NCBI RefSeq assembly: GCF_004010195.1
Contig: NC_057718.1
Location: 74,845,889 to 74,909,888 of the forward strand
DNA from: Chiloscyllium plagiosum
Taxonomy: Eukaryota
Reading direction: 5' to 3'
DNA: 64,000 nucleotides
Shown here: piece by piece, positions 11,086 to 23,753 of the stretch
Layout of the letters: the number at the start of each line of letters is the position of its first letter
Numbering within the stretch: the stretch's first letter is position 1
Program-made: the position numbers and the translations under genes
The notes under the pieces: generated by a model
The model's input: only the letters and a program-made list of their open reading frames with translations
What the model was told of the DNA's origin: nothing
The model's database searches: none

Positions 11086-11199
11086 ACGAGATATTATACA
11101 AATTAGGCCTGCTTTCTCTAGAATTTTTCTCTCGAAGGTCAAAGGGTGATCTGATTTAAGTCTTCAAACGGTTAACAGGAAAAGACAGGGAGAAATATT

Positions 11200-11550
11200 G
11201 GGGATGCACATTCAGTCAGTGGTTAGCACTGCTGCCTCACAGCCCCAGGACCCGTGTTTGATTCCTTGGGCAACTGCCTGTGCCTGTGTGGATTTCCTTC
11301 TCGTGCTTCGGTTTCCACCCACTGTCCAAAGATGTGCAGATTAGATGGATTAGCCATGCTAAATTGCCCATAGTGTCCAAGGATACGCAGGCTAGGTGGA
11401 TTAGCCGTGGGAAATGCATGGCTACCGGGATAAGGTGAATGGGGGGGGGGGGCGTTGGTCTGGGTGGGATGCTCTTCAGAGGGATAGTGTGGACTAGATG
11501 GGTGAATGGTGAATGGCCTCCTTCCACACTGAAGGGATTCTATGATTCCA
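11200..11550 (+). mobile_element. Older HE1-like tRNA-derived SINE
   Basis: A-box-like AGTGGTTAGCAC head, conserved body CCAAAGATGTGCAG..TAG.TGGATT.GCCATGCTAAATTGCCC, CR1-like tail. Confidence 0.8.
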
Positions 11551-11639
11551 AACTCTCTTTTAACTTATCTCACATTTTTTCAAATAAAATGTGTTGCTAT
11601 GGGCCCCAACTTTTCTTGTCTTTTTGTCTGATATTTTAA

Positions 11640-12060
11640 CATTTCGTATTCTAAACCTACTGAGGCCCCCTCCCTAAACTATTTTTCAGGTGCACTGATG
11701 ACTCCATCATTGTTAAGTCCTGCTCTCACCTTGAACTGAAAATAATTAATCAATTTTGCTTTCATTTTCCACTCATTTCTCAATTTCAGATAATCCATAT
11801 CTAACTCTTCACTTCTCTTCCTTGACTTCCCTGACTCCATTTTGAGTGCTAGGCTATCAACTCATTGTGTAGATTCCGAAAGAATGGCCCACAGCTTCCT
11901 GTAGCCTGTCAATTTAATTCCCATCTTGCTCTCACTTTGACATTTCTGACCTTTGCTTACTGTACTATTCCAATGAAGCTTAGTGTAATCTTGAGAAACA
12001 GCACTTCATCTCTCAATTAAGAACTTTACAACCTTCTAATCATACTTCGCCGTCTAAACT
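11640..12060 (+). mobile_element. Old PLE relic (RT end and GIY-YIG end)
   Basis: Diverged similarity to 20060-20260 and 24900-25080. Confidence 0.5.
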
Positions 12061-12228
12061 TGACACCCGTTATGTTCTTTATCTTTTGCATGTTTCAGTT
12101 TTTCTCATAATATTTTGCTTACAGTCAGCTGAACAACAGTTCCAAGTACATTTTTTCTTTGTTTCCTTTGACCCTAGTGGACTATTTCTTCTATCATTAA
12201 TCATTCAGGTGCACTGAATGTGCACTGG

Positions 12229-12481
12229 CGACTGACTGTGTGGAGTTTGCACGTTCTCCCCGTGTCTGCGTGGGTTTCCTCCGGGTGCTCCGGTTTCCTC
12301 CCACAGTCCAAAGATGTGCAGATCAGGTGAATTGGCCATGCTAAATTGCCCGTAGTGTTAGGTAAGGGGTAAATGTAGGAGTATGGGTGGGTTGCGCTTC
12401 GGCGGGTCGGTGTGGACTTGCTGGGCCGAAGGGCCTGTTTCCACACTGTAACGTAATCTAATGTAATCTAATCTAATCTAA
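12229..12481 (+). mobile_element. HE1 SINE, 5'-truncated
   Basis: Near-identical to the other HE1 copies. (CTAAT)n tail. Confidence 0.9.
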
Positions 12482-13209
12482 TTCCTGTCTTCTGCATTAT
12501 CACAGGCTTTTATTCTTCTCCCACCTATCCCTTGCACATAACATAGAACATAGAACAATACAGCGCAGAACAGGCCCTTCGGCCCTTGATGTTGTGCCAA
12601 CCTGTGAATTACCCATTACATTTCTGATATTCTCCAGATCTGATGAAAAGACATAGGCCTCAAATTGAAATAATCTTCTGGGCCCGCTGATGCTTTGCAA
12701 AGGACTGGAAATCTTAATTGGGTAGGAGGCAAAAATTAAAACTTCCTGACAGCAGGTAAAGGTTTTGCTGTTCTGTTGAGGTCTTTGAACCTTTCGGTGC
12801 ACTGGCTTTCCTGTTTTGCATTCATCAGCATGTCATGAATACTGAACCCTGGGCACCTGGAATTACATTCACAGGCACATTCTTGTTAGGTAAAAACAAG
12901 AAACTCGCATGTTCACTAACCTGACTGTATATATGAGTATTTGCCAGCATAGACCGTTTTCTCCAATATCTGGTGAGTACAAACACCTTCACTGACTTGG
13001 CACCATCATAAACAAACCAAGTTTCTTTGTGCAAATGCTTACAATGTAAAGGATGGAGCCTTACCAGTCATCCATCTCATGAGCAGTCTCAGAGATAAGC
13101 GATAAAGAAAAATAGAAAATGCTGGACTCTCCTGCATTTTCTTTTTATTTCAGATTTCCAGTAGCTGCAGTATTTTACTTCTTTATCAGTTGTATTCTGA
13201 CTTGCTTGT

Positions 13210-13424
13210 TAGAATAGAATCCTTATCGTGTGGAAAACAGGCCCTTCGATTCAACAACTCCACACAGACCCATTCCATTACCTGATTACTCTACATTTAC
13301 CCCTGACTAATGCACCTAACCTACACATTCCTGAACACTATGGGCAATTTAGCACGGCCAATTCACCTAACCTGCACATCTTTGGACTGTGGGAGGAAAC
13401 CGAAGCACCCGGAGGAAACCCACG
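13210..13424 (-). mobile_element. HE1-like SINE, 5'-truncated
   Basis: Reverse HE1 body and tail. Confidence 0.85.
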
Positions 13425-14642
13425 TTGTACTTAAAATACTTACAATGGAAGTGATGAAGGCATATTGGCACACTACCTTGCTCAAGCAAGTCTGTTACAC
13501 TGGCTGGCCACAGCAAACCTAATGCAGCAGGCAAACAAGGCTCAACTGAGAAAGGAGTTTAAATGAAATGGTGTCCGAAATGAAAAGTGGGCTCAACTGA
13601 AAACGTTTACTGGAAGTTGGGCTGAATGGAAAGGAGCAATAAGTATTATAACTTAAAAGACAAGGTTGCCAGGGACATGATCCAGGTAAGAAGAATGTGA
13701 TATGAAGGTTGTTGGGTGTTAAAAAAGTATAAATGAAAGGTGTCATTAAAGTTGATGAAAATCAATAAAGCATTATATGATGTGTGTGCTTCAGATATCT
13801 GACAGGTATTTATCTCAAAGTCATCTTTTGTGGTGGTGCCCTTGTTCCATGCAGCCTTTGATTAATTAGATCTGCACATTCTCTTAATCATGACAACAGA
13901 TCAGTGAGCTGATGTACAAGAGCTGCTTAATGTTGCAGTTCCTTTTATATTTTATGTTTTATGTGTGAACTTCAGCAAATGTGTGACAGGCAGAAACACT
14001 GGGGTGCAAGTAGTGCAATAAGTAATTGCAATGAAGTAACAAGCATTGACTGCATGTGAGGTATCTGGTGCACTACTGGTGAGTCTGACACCCAATCTTG
14101 TGTGTGACAATCCTGTGCAGTGACTAGCTTTTGCCTGGTTTCCCAAATTACCAGAAAACCTCTAAGAATGATGAGCAGAGGTTGCTGCTCTCAAGTTGCA
14201 GAGAGTGAATTGTTTTCCGAGTGTCTTTTAAATATGGTTAGAGTAAAGAAGGTCCCTTGTTGGGGTTCAAGTGCACAATGTCCAGCCCAATTGTTCAAAG
14301 AAACTTTGGATTTTTACCTGCACCTGTATGTCCGATGACTGGAGACAAACAATAATCATATGAGACCACCTGATCCATCCTTGATTAGAAGTACCTCCTG
14401 CTTTTTGGCCATTCTCTAAACTATGTCTTCAAACATGGAAACTCTGTTCTTTCTACAGATGCTGCCATAATCTGCAAAATATTTACAACATTTTCAGCTT
14501 TTATTTCACACAACTGGTCTTAGTGGAGTTATATTGATAAAACATGTGTAGCAACTTCAATGTTCCATTTCTTGCCCTTTATTTTTTACCTTGTCCTCTT
14601 TTCCTGAAGATTTTGACTCTTTGGTATTGTCCTTTAGACAGT

Positions 14643-14962
14643 AGATTAGATTACTTACAGTGTGGAAACAGGCCCTTCGGCCCAACAAGTCCACACCGAC
14701 CCACCGAAGCATAACCAACCCAGACCCATTCTCCTACATTTACCCCTTACCTAACACTACAGGCAATTTAGCATGGTCAATTCACCTAACCTGCACATTT
14801 TATGGATTGTGGGAGGAAACCGGAGCACCCGGAGGAAACCCACGCAGCCACGGGGAGAATGTGCAAACTCCACACAGATAGTCGCCTGAGGTGGGAATTG
14901 AACCCGGGTCTCTGGCGCTGTGAGGCAGCAGTGTTAACCATTGTGCCACTGTGCCGCCCACA
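14643..14962 (-). mobile_element. HE1 SINE, full length
   Basis: tRNA-like head with B box (GGTTCAATTCC on minus), body, tail. Confidence 0.9.
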
Positions 14963-16002
14963 GCAATCATCCTTTGGATGTTTGTATAAATTGCCTTTAC
15001 CATATGTGAACCATCACAGTAGACTATACAACCTTGTGAAATATCAAAGTAAAACACCACATCACCCTGGTTCAACGTCAACACGTGCAATCTTCAAGCT
15101 GGGGTCAATGTGTGGTAATGATGAGTCTCAGGTTAATTTTCCCTGTCCGAGATACTGTAACTGCTGCCTGCTGACGTCACCTAGCTCATTGAAAACTAGG
15201 AAACAAATTGATTTGAGCATCATTTTTGTTCAACTTCTGAATCAGAAGGTCCATTGTTCAAACCCTATTTTAAAATATGATTATAATTTACAATGATAAT
15301 TCTGTGCATTATTAAGGGATCATAACATATACATAGATGTCTTGCTGGTGGAATGCGAACTTGAAATAACCAATTATTTGTTTTGATCTGAATGCTAAAT
15401 ATTGGTGAGTTATTATTAGTTGCTTGCTAAAGACTTTGTAAATACAAAACTTCATTGCAGAATCCATACAGTTAATTTTGATTTTATAAGCAGCAACCGC
15501 TTTTTGCGAGTTTCCTACTTCTCTCCCTCAATCACATTATTGTTAGTCATACTTTCAGTTACTAGATACCCCCCTCCACTTTACCCCCATTCTGGTACTT
15601 CCTCTTTAAAGATTCACCTTAAAACTTATCTCTTTTAGTTTCCTTTTCTACCTTGGGTTTAAGTCTTTGTAGAGTGCTTTGGGATTTATATCTACGTTAA
15701 GGTTGCTGCATTAGCAGAAGCAGTAATACCAGTAGTAAGATTACCTCCAGGCAAGATTTCCATACCTACCCATTTTTGCCTCCTCTATAGATCAATTCCA
15801 GCACGCTGTGAAGTTTGACAAATACTTCGTTTTGATTTTTGTGTTTTGCCATGATAACAAGCTGTTAGTATTCTAAAAGTTAATCAGTTAATTGGGCAAA
15901 ACTGGGTGGGTGCCAATAATATAATCAAAGCAAATTTCCTTGATGAAGTTGATTCACTTGTGAAACCCATGTCACATATGTAAGCCTGTGAGCATATACA
16001 AC

Positions 16003-16760
16003 TAGGAGAAAGTGAGGACTGCAGATGCTGGCGATTAGAGTGGATAAGTGTGGCCCTGGAAAAGCACAGTCAATCAGGCAGCATCTGAGAACCAGGAGAA
16101 TTGGCGTTTCGGTCAAAAGCCCTTCATCAGGAATGTGGGGGTTGGTAGGGTCGGTGGGGGGTGGAGGGGTGCGTGGAAGGGGGCTAAGAGATAAATAGGA
16201 GAATGGGGGTGAAGCTAGGTAGCTGGGAAGGCAATAGGTACATGCAAGAGGGGAGTGAGGGTGATAGGTCAGAGGGGAGGATGGAGTGAATAGGTGGGAA
16301 GGAAAATGGACAGATGGGACAGTATAAGAGGGTGGTGCAAACTTGCAGGCTTGGTTCTGAGATGAGGTGTGGGGAGAGTAATGAGGAATCTGGTGAAATC
16401 AACATTGATGCCATGTGGTTGGAGGGTACCAAGGCCACTTCAACTCCTCCTCCCACTCCGCCAAGGACGTGCAAGTCCTGGGCCTCCAGCCCCACCAAAT
16501 CCAAGCCATCTGAGCCTGGAGGAAGAACGCCTCATCTTCCGCCTTGGGACCCTCCAACTGCACAGCATCAACATTGATTTCACCAGTTTCCTCATCTCTC
16601 CTCCCCTCACTTCATCCCAGATCCAACCCTCCAACTCAGCACCGCCTTCTTGGACTGTCCTACCTGTCCATCTTCCTTCCCACCTATCTGCTCCACCCTC
16701 CTCTCTGACCAATCACTATCACCCTCGACCTACATCTGCTTATTGACCTCTCAGCTACCT
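16003..16760. mobile_element. PLE 3' end in inverted (back-to-back) configuration
   Basis: 16003-16430 is the PLE 3' end/pLTR on minus (hammerhead-like core about 16103-16133). 16431-16760 is a homologous GIY-YIG end (LEEERLIFRLGTLQ..INIDF) on plus. Confidence 0.8.
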
Positions 16761-18210
16761 GGAAGCTCACAAATAAACCTGTTGGATTATAACTTGGTGT
16801 TGTGTGATGTTTGCCTCACTGACCTAGATATGGTCCCTTGAAATTTCAAATTTACAATTTCTAATCTTATGTCTGCCTATCATTAACGTATGCTAGGAAT
16901 CAATTATTGTAAAAGTTTCTTGTTTTATATGTTCATCTTATCAGGAGGTTGGTAAGTCCAACATATTCCTTCTTTGCTTCTTAATTATCTTCTAGCATCA
17001 AATCCTTGAATTCTGCATTCCTCCAACATCTACTTCTTTGCACGTCCTCTCCCTTCATACCACCATTGGTGTTTATACCTTCAGCCTGGAAGACTCTTTG
17101 TAAACTACAATTATCAAGTGATGGTTTCACTTGTTATTTGTATAATCCTGTGACTTGTTAGATGAAAGTGAGTTGTCATATTTGCCTGTCTAAGAACAGT
17201 GACTTTTCAAAAGTGATCAATTTCTGGTAATGGACTACACGATTTGCTAAGGATCAAGTTTCTTCTTCTGTACTCTTCTATTTCTAGGGCATATGCGCTA
17301 TTTGTTTGAATGTGCTAGTCGTTTACATATATGCTATTTGTTTGTTTGAATGTGCTAGTCACTTACATATTTTGGAATGACTGTCAAAACAAATTGATTT
17401 AAAGTGAATAAGGTTAGACTGAAATAATAATTGTGGAGCTAATTTTAATGTGGGCTTGGATGGAACATTGAGGGATTAAATCTGGGAAAAACCTGAGTGC
17501 GTTGAGAGGCCAACTCTATTCTGTCAATTTCTGCATTTTACTGTAAGTGTATGCTTTTGTGGAGCCCCAATGGGGAGAAGCATTCACAGTTTTAATATAA
17601 TAATTGCAAAACTAGACTTTTGCAGTTGATCTTTGGTTTCGTGTGTTTCTTGTGCTTCTGGGAGGTTGCCAGTGAAAGCAAGGTAAGTACATTGTTCCAA
17701 CTGAGAAGGCTAAAGCCACGACAGCAAAATATATCAAAGTGCACTTTATACTCACAGCTACTTTCTTACTTGAAATGAAATCAGAAAATGCTACAAGTAT
17801 TCAGCAAGTCTGGCAGCAACTGTATGTTCAGGTCTATGACCTTTCATCAAAAGCCATATGGTCCTGAAAAAGCTTTGTTTTTTCTCTGCATAGATGCTGC
17901 CACTTGCTGGAAATATTTCAGTCTTTTTGGCTTTATTTCAAATATGCAGCATGGTCAATATTTTGTTTTGTGCTGGCTTATTTGTTTAGAATTTTTGATA
18001 ATACTTGTGTTGAAAGATTTCTTTGCCTACTTTGGAGAGTTTGTGTTCCAATCTGCATTTTGCTGAATATCTGCTCTGCAGCATATCCTGTATGACATAG
18101 GAACTCAGACAGGAGTTGCAATGACCAGTATCATTGGGACAGCAACACCAGCAATGAGTGCCTTTCAGCCATGGCAACACAAGCATCAGAGGTAACAACT
18201 TGTGGCCTGT

Positions 18211-18540
18211 GGGCAGCACGGTGGCATTGGTGGGCGGCACGGTGGCACAGTGGTTAGCACTGCTGCCTCACAGCGCTGGAGACCCGGGTTCAATTCCCGC
18301 CTCAGGCAACTGACTGTGGAGTTTGCACGTTCTCCCTGTGTCTGCGTGGGTTTCCTCCGGGTGCTCCGGTTTCCTCCCACAATCCAAAGATGTGCGGGTC
18401 AGGTGAATTGGCCATGCTAAATTGCCTCTAGTGTTAGGAAAGGGGTAAATGTAGGGGTATGGGTGGGTTGCGCTTCGGTGGGTCAGTGTGGACTTGTTAG
18501 GCCGAAGGGCCTGTTTCCACACTGTAATGTAATCTAATCA
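18211..18540 (+). mobile_element. HE1 SINE, full length with duplicated head
   Basis: GGGCAGCACGGTGGCA-TTGGT-GGGCGGCACGGTGGCACAGTGGTTAGC...GGGTTCAATTCCC... tail. Confidence 0.9.
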
Positions 18541-18599
18541 TAAACCTTCATTTCAACAGGTCGGGGAAATAGAGATCCCTATATATAGGAAAGGGTATA

Positions 18600-18960
18600 A
18601 ATCAAAAAATAATAGGAGCATGTAAAAAGAATAGAGCAATAATTATGGGTGACTTTAATCTTCATTGATTGGGTCAATGAAGTTGGAAAGGGTAACTCTG
18701 TCAATGAATTCATAGAGTGTATTAGAGATAGTTTCCTAGAGAAATATATCATGAAGCCACGCAGGAAACAGGCTATCTTGGATCTAGTAATGAGGAATGA
18801 GGTAGGTTTAATAAATGCCCTCAGAGTAAAAGATCCCCAAGAAAGCAGGGTTCATAATATGAGAGAATTTAATATTCAGTTTGAGAAATCTGGGTCAGAA
18901 ACAACTGTGATTAAATTAAATAAAGGGAATTATAATGAAATGAAGATAGAGTTAATTAAA
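18600..18960 (+). mobile_element. CR1 endonuclease fragment
   Basis: IMGDFN...FIECIRDSFLEKY...AILDLVM (ORF 18649..18963). Confidence 0.75.
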
Positions 18961-19554
18961 TAAAAAAAACCTGAAAGAGCTGCGGATGCTAGAAATCTGA
19001 AACAGAAATTGCTGAAAAGTCTAAGCAGGTCTGGCAGCATCTATGTAATAAATGTTCATACTGATTGCAGCAAATCACAGGCTTGTCAAAACTAGGAAGG
19101 AAGACTAGTGCAAGTTTATTGGCTTCTAGCTACATAGCACAATTTTTTAGATTAACAGATCAGAATGTTACAGGATCCCTTCCTTCTGTCCTGGCTCTAT
19201 GATCTGCTGTGCATCCAGTAATGTACCATGAGGTCTCTACCCATTCTGGCCCATTCTTCAAACCCTGACATACTGAATGACATGACTACACATTTTACTG
19301 TTTGAAAGGTGTCAATTATGGGTTCAATCATACAACCTCCATCGCTTGTAGATGGTTGGTAGATCCCCCAATCTTATCCTAAATACTGACTTTGAGGCAA
19401 ATACCTAAGCTGTCTCCTGATGTAGGAATGTTGACACCTGAATCAGCACCATTGTCTTTATCACATACTCTAGTTTTGCAGTGCCCAGCATAGGGCTCCT
19501 ACTCCAAAACATCTGATCCAACCTTACAGCTTTGCAATCCAGTCCTGACCACAT

Positions 19555-20058
19555 AGCACTGCTATTTCTTGCAAAGGGGATGGATATAAAAGTAAGGAAT
19601 TTTTGTACATGGATTTGGTGAAACTTCACCTTGTGTACTGCATAGAATTTTGGCCTCTTCACTTCAGGAGGACATTTTTGCTATAGAAGCATTTCAAAGA
19701 ATGTTCCCGAGGATAATTCCTGTAATAAAAGCTTTGTACTATGTGGAAAGGTTGCGCAGGCTGGGCCTATATTCATTTAAGTTTAGAAGAATGAGAGGTG
19801 ATTTTATTCAAACATAAGATTCTGAGCAGGCTTGGCAGAGTGGAAGCTGAGAAGTTAAATGCTGCCTCTCAGCGCAGTGGCAGTCTTTGGAATTCTCTTC
19901 CCACAGAGAAGGAGGCTGGATCGTCTCATATATTTAAGACTGGGTTAGACAGATTTTTGTTGATAAGCAAGTTAAAGGTAATGGGAGGCAAGCAGTAAAA
20001 TGGAGTTAAGGTTATATCAGACCAACCATGATCTTATTGAGTTGAGGAGTAGACTCCC
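19555..20058 (+). mobile_element. CR1 3'-end fragment
   Basis: ORF2 C-terminal remnant (LWNSLP...IFKTGLDRFL) and tail. Confidence 0.7.
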
Positions 20059-20899
20059 CACCTTTTCATCCGCTACATTGATGACTGTATCTGCGATACC
20101 TCGTACTCCGATGAGGAGGTTGAACAGTTCATCAATTTCACCAACACATTCCACCCCAACCTTTCAATTCACCTGGACCACCTCAGACACCTCTCTCCCC
20201 ATCCTGGACCTCTCCATCTCCATCAACAGTGATCAACTCAATACTGACATCTTCTACAAACCCACCGACTCCTACAGCTATCTGGACTACACCTCCTCCC
20301 ACCCTGCCTCATGTAAAAATGCTATCTCTTATTCCCAATTCCACCACCTCTGCCACATGTGCTCCCAGGAGGACCAGTTCCACCACAGAACACACCAGAT
20401 GGCCTCCTTCTTTAAAGACCGCAATTTCCCCTCCCACGTGGTTGATGATGCCCTCCAACACATCTCATCCACTTCCCACACCACCGCCCTCAAACCCCAC
20501 CCGTTCAACCGCAACAAGGACAGAACACTCATGGTCTTCACGTTCCACCCCACCAATCTGCAGATACATTGCATCATCCTCCGCCATTTCTGCCACCTAC
20601 AAATGGACCCCACCACCAGAGTATATTTCCCTCCCCATCCCATCTGCATCCCGTAAAGACCATTCCCTCCATGACTCTCTTGTCAGGTCCATGTACCACC
20701 CCACCAACCCACTCTCCCCTCCCGGCACCTTCCCCTGCCACTGCAAGAATTGCAAAACCTGCGCCCACACCTCCCCCCCTCACGTCCATCCAATGCCCCA
20801 AAGGAGCCTTCCACATCCATCATAGATTTACCTACACTTCCACACATTGAACAATATAGTGCAGAACAGGCCCTTCGGCCCTCGATGTTGTGCTGACCC

Positions 20900-23640
20900 A
20901 TGAACTAATCTAAGCTCACCATCCTGCACTATCCTATCATCATCCATATGCTTATCCAAGGACTGTTTAAATGCCCCTAATGTGGCTGAGTTAACTACAT
21001 TGGCAGGCAGGCATGCCCTTACCACTCTCTGAGTAAAGGACCTGCCTTTAACATCTGTCTTAAATCTAAACCCCCTCAATTTGCAGCTATACCCCCTCAT
21101 ACAAGCAGGTGTCATCATCCCAGGAAAAAAGATTTTCACTGTCCACCCTATCTGATCCTCTGATCATCTTGTATGTCTCTATTAAATCACTTCTTAGGCT
21201 TCTTGTCTCCAATGAGAACAGACCCAAGTCCCTCAGCCTTTCCTCATAAGACCTTCACTTCAGACCAGGCAATATTCTAGTAAATCTCCTCTGCACGTTT
21301 TCCAATGCTTCCACAACCTTCTTGTAATGGGGCGACCAGAACGGCACACAGTACTCCAAGTGAGGCTGCACTAGCGTTTTGTACAGTTGCAGCATGATAT
21401 CACAGTTCCGGAACTCAATCCCTCTCCCAATAAAAGTTAACACACTGTATGCCTTCTTAACAGCACTATCAACCTGGGTGGCAACTTTTAGGGATGTATG
21501 TATATGGACTACCAAGAATCTTTCCATTGACCCAGTATTCTGCTTTCCTGTTTTTCTTCCCAAAGTGAATCTCCTCACATTTATCTGCATTGAACTCCAT
21601 TTGCCATCTTTCAGCCCAGTTCTGCAGTTTATCCAAGTATACCTACAACCTACAACATTGTTCCACACTGTCCACCATTCCACTGACTTTAGTGTCATCT
21701 GCAAACTTACTAACCATTGCATTTATGCCTGCATCCAAGTCATTTATAAAAATGACAAACAGATCCTTGTGGCACACCACTAGTAAACGGACTCCAGGCT
21801 GTATATTTTTCATCAACCACCACTCGTTGCCTTCTTACAGAAAGCCAATTTCTAATTCAAACTGCTAAATCACCTTCAATCTCATGCCTCTGCATTTTCT
21901 TCAGTAGCCTACCATGTTGAACCTTACCAAATGCTTTGCTGAAGTCCATGTACACACGTCAACTGCCCTATCCTCATTCACATGTTTGGTCACCTTTTCA
22001 AACAACTCAATGAGGTTTGTGAGGCATGACCTGCCCTTGACAAATCGATGTTGACTATTTCCAATCAAATTGTTGCTTGCTAGATGATTATAAGTCCTAT
22101 ATCTTTTAATCCTTTCCAAAACTTTTCTTACAACAGACGTCAGGCTTACTAGTCTATAATTACCTGGGTCATCTCTACTGCCCTTCTTGAACAAGGGCAC
22201 AACATTTGCAATCCTCCAGTCCTCTGGTACTAAACCTGTAGACAATGATGACTCAAAGGTCAAGGCCAAAGACTCAGCCATCTCCTTCCTAGCTTCCCAG
22301 AGAATCCTCAGAAAAATCCCATCTGGCCCAGGTGACTTATCCACTTTCACTCATTCTAGAATTGATAACACCTCCTCCTCTCTAACCTCAATCCTTTCAA
22401 GTCTAATAGCCCATGTATCAGTCTCCTTCTCTACAATATTCACCTTTTCCTGAGGGAAAACAGATTAAAAACATTCGTTTAGCACCTCTCCAATCTCTAC
22501 TGGGTCCACACACAACTTTCCACTTCTGTCCTGGACTGGCCCTATTCCTACCCTAGTCATCCTTTTATTCCTCATATATCTATAGAAATCTTTAGGGTTC
22601 TCTTTTATTCTACTTGCTAAAGACTGCTGATGTCCCCTCCCTCCTCTTCTTAACTCTCTCTTTAAATCTTTCCTAGCTAATCTGCAACTCTCCATCGCCT
22701 CGTCGGAACCATCTCATCTCAAGATCACATAATCCTCCCTCTTCTGCTTAACAAGAGATATAATTTTAGTAAACCATGGTTCCCTTACATTATCACTTTC
22801 TCCTTGCCTGACAGGGACATAACTATCAAAGGCACACAATATCTGTTCCTTCAACCAGCTCCACATTTCTATTGGCCCCATTCCCTACATTTTGCTGCCC
22901 CATTCTATGCCTCCTAAGTCTTGCCTAATTGCATTATAATTGCCCTTCCCCCATCTATAACTCTTGCCCTGTGGTAATTAACTATCCCTTTCTGTTGCTA
23001 AACTAAACGTAGCGGAATTATGGTCACTCAGTCCAAAGTGCTTACCTCTCACTAAATCAAACACCTGGCCTGGTTCATTACCAAGTACCAGATCCAGTGT
23101 GGCCTCCCCTCTTATCAGACCCTCGATGTACTGTGTCAGGAAACCCTCCTGCTCACATTGGACAAAAAGTGATCTATCAGATGTAGTAGAGTTATAGCAT
23201 TTCCAGTCAATGTTGGGGATGTTAAAGTCCCCCATCATGACCACCCTGTTCCTTTCATTCCAACCCAGAATCGATTTGCCAATTCTCTCCCCCACATCCC
23301 TGGAACTTTGCAGAGGCCTATAAAAAACTACCAGTAGTGTGACCTCTCCTCTCCTGCTTCTAACCTAAGCCTGTACGACCTCAGTAGATGAGTTCTCATC
23401 AAATGTTCTTTCAACCACTGTTATACTGTCCTTGACTAACAAACCTTCCCCTCTTTTACCACCTTCCCTGATCTTAATGAAAGATCTAAACCCTGGAACC
23501 TGCAACATCCATTCCTGACCTTGCTCTATTCATGTCTCAGTAAAAGCCACAGCATCAAAATCCCAGGTACCTATCCATGCTGCAAGCTCACCTACCTTAT
23601 TCCGGATACTCCTGGCATTGAAGTAGACACATTTCAAACC
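20900..23640 (-). pseudogene. CR1 ORF2p (APE endonuclease and RT), multiple frameshifts
   Basis: MGDFN, SDHN, KSPGPDG, PGNYRLVSLTS, KGRSCLTNL and PHLEYCVPFWSP motifs across the track ORFs. Confidence 0.85.
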
Positions 23641-23753
23641 AGCTTACTGTCTGCCAGCACACTCCTGTGACCATGAAATCGTGTCCATGTCCTCCCTACT
23701 CTCATCCAACTGTGTACTGGAACTACACCTCAGGTTCCCATCCTCCTGCTGAG

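Noticed and set aside
12201..12446. Recurrent MWKQALRP...CGRKPEHPEETH ORFs (also 14660, 18268, 31769, 55251)
   Set aside because: Antisense translations of HE1 SINEs, not a gene family.
12829..12889. Possible plus-strand exon (HVMNTEPWAPGITFTGTFLL), and a strong acceptor at about 27826
   Set aside because: Weak donors, no recognisable protein and no consistent multi-exon frame.
17290..17372. Short local tandem duplications (also ATGTGGGAGAGTGAAC x2 at about 47955-47986)
   Set aside because: Ordinary slippage-type duplications with no further structure.
18230..18305. tRNA gene-like A/B boxes
   Set aside because: These are SINE heads continuous with the HE1 body. No full cloverleaf or terminator.
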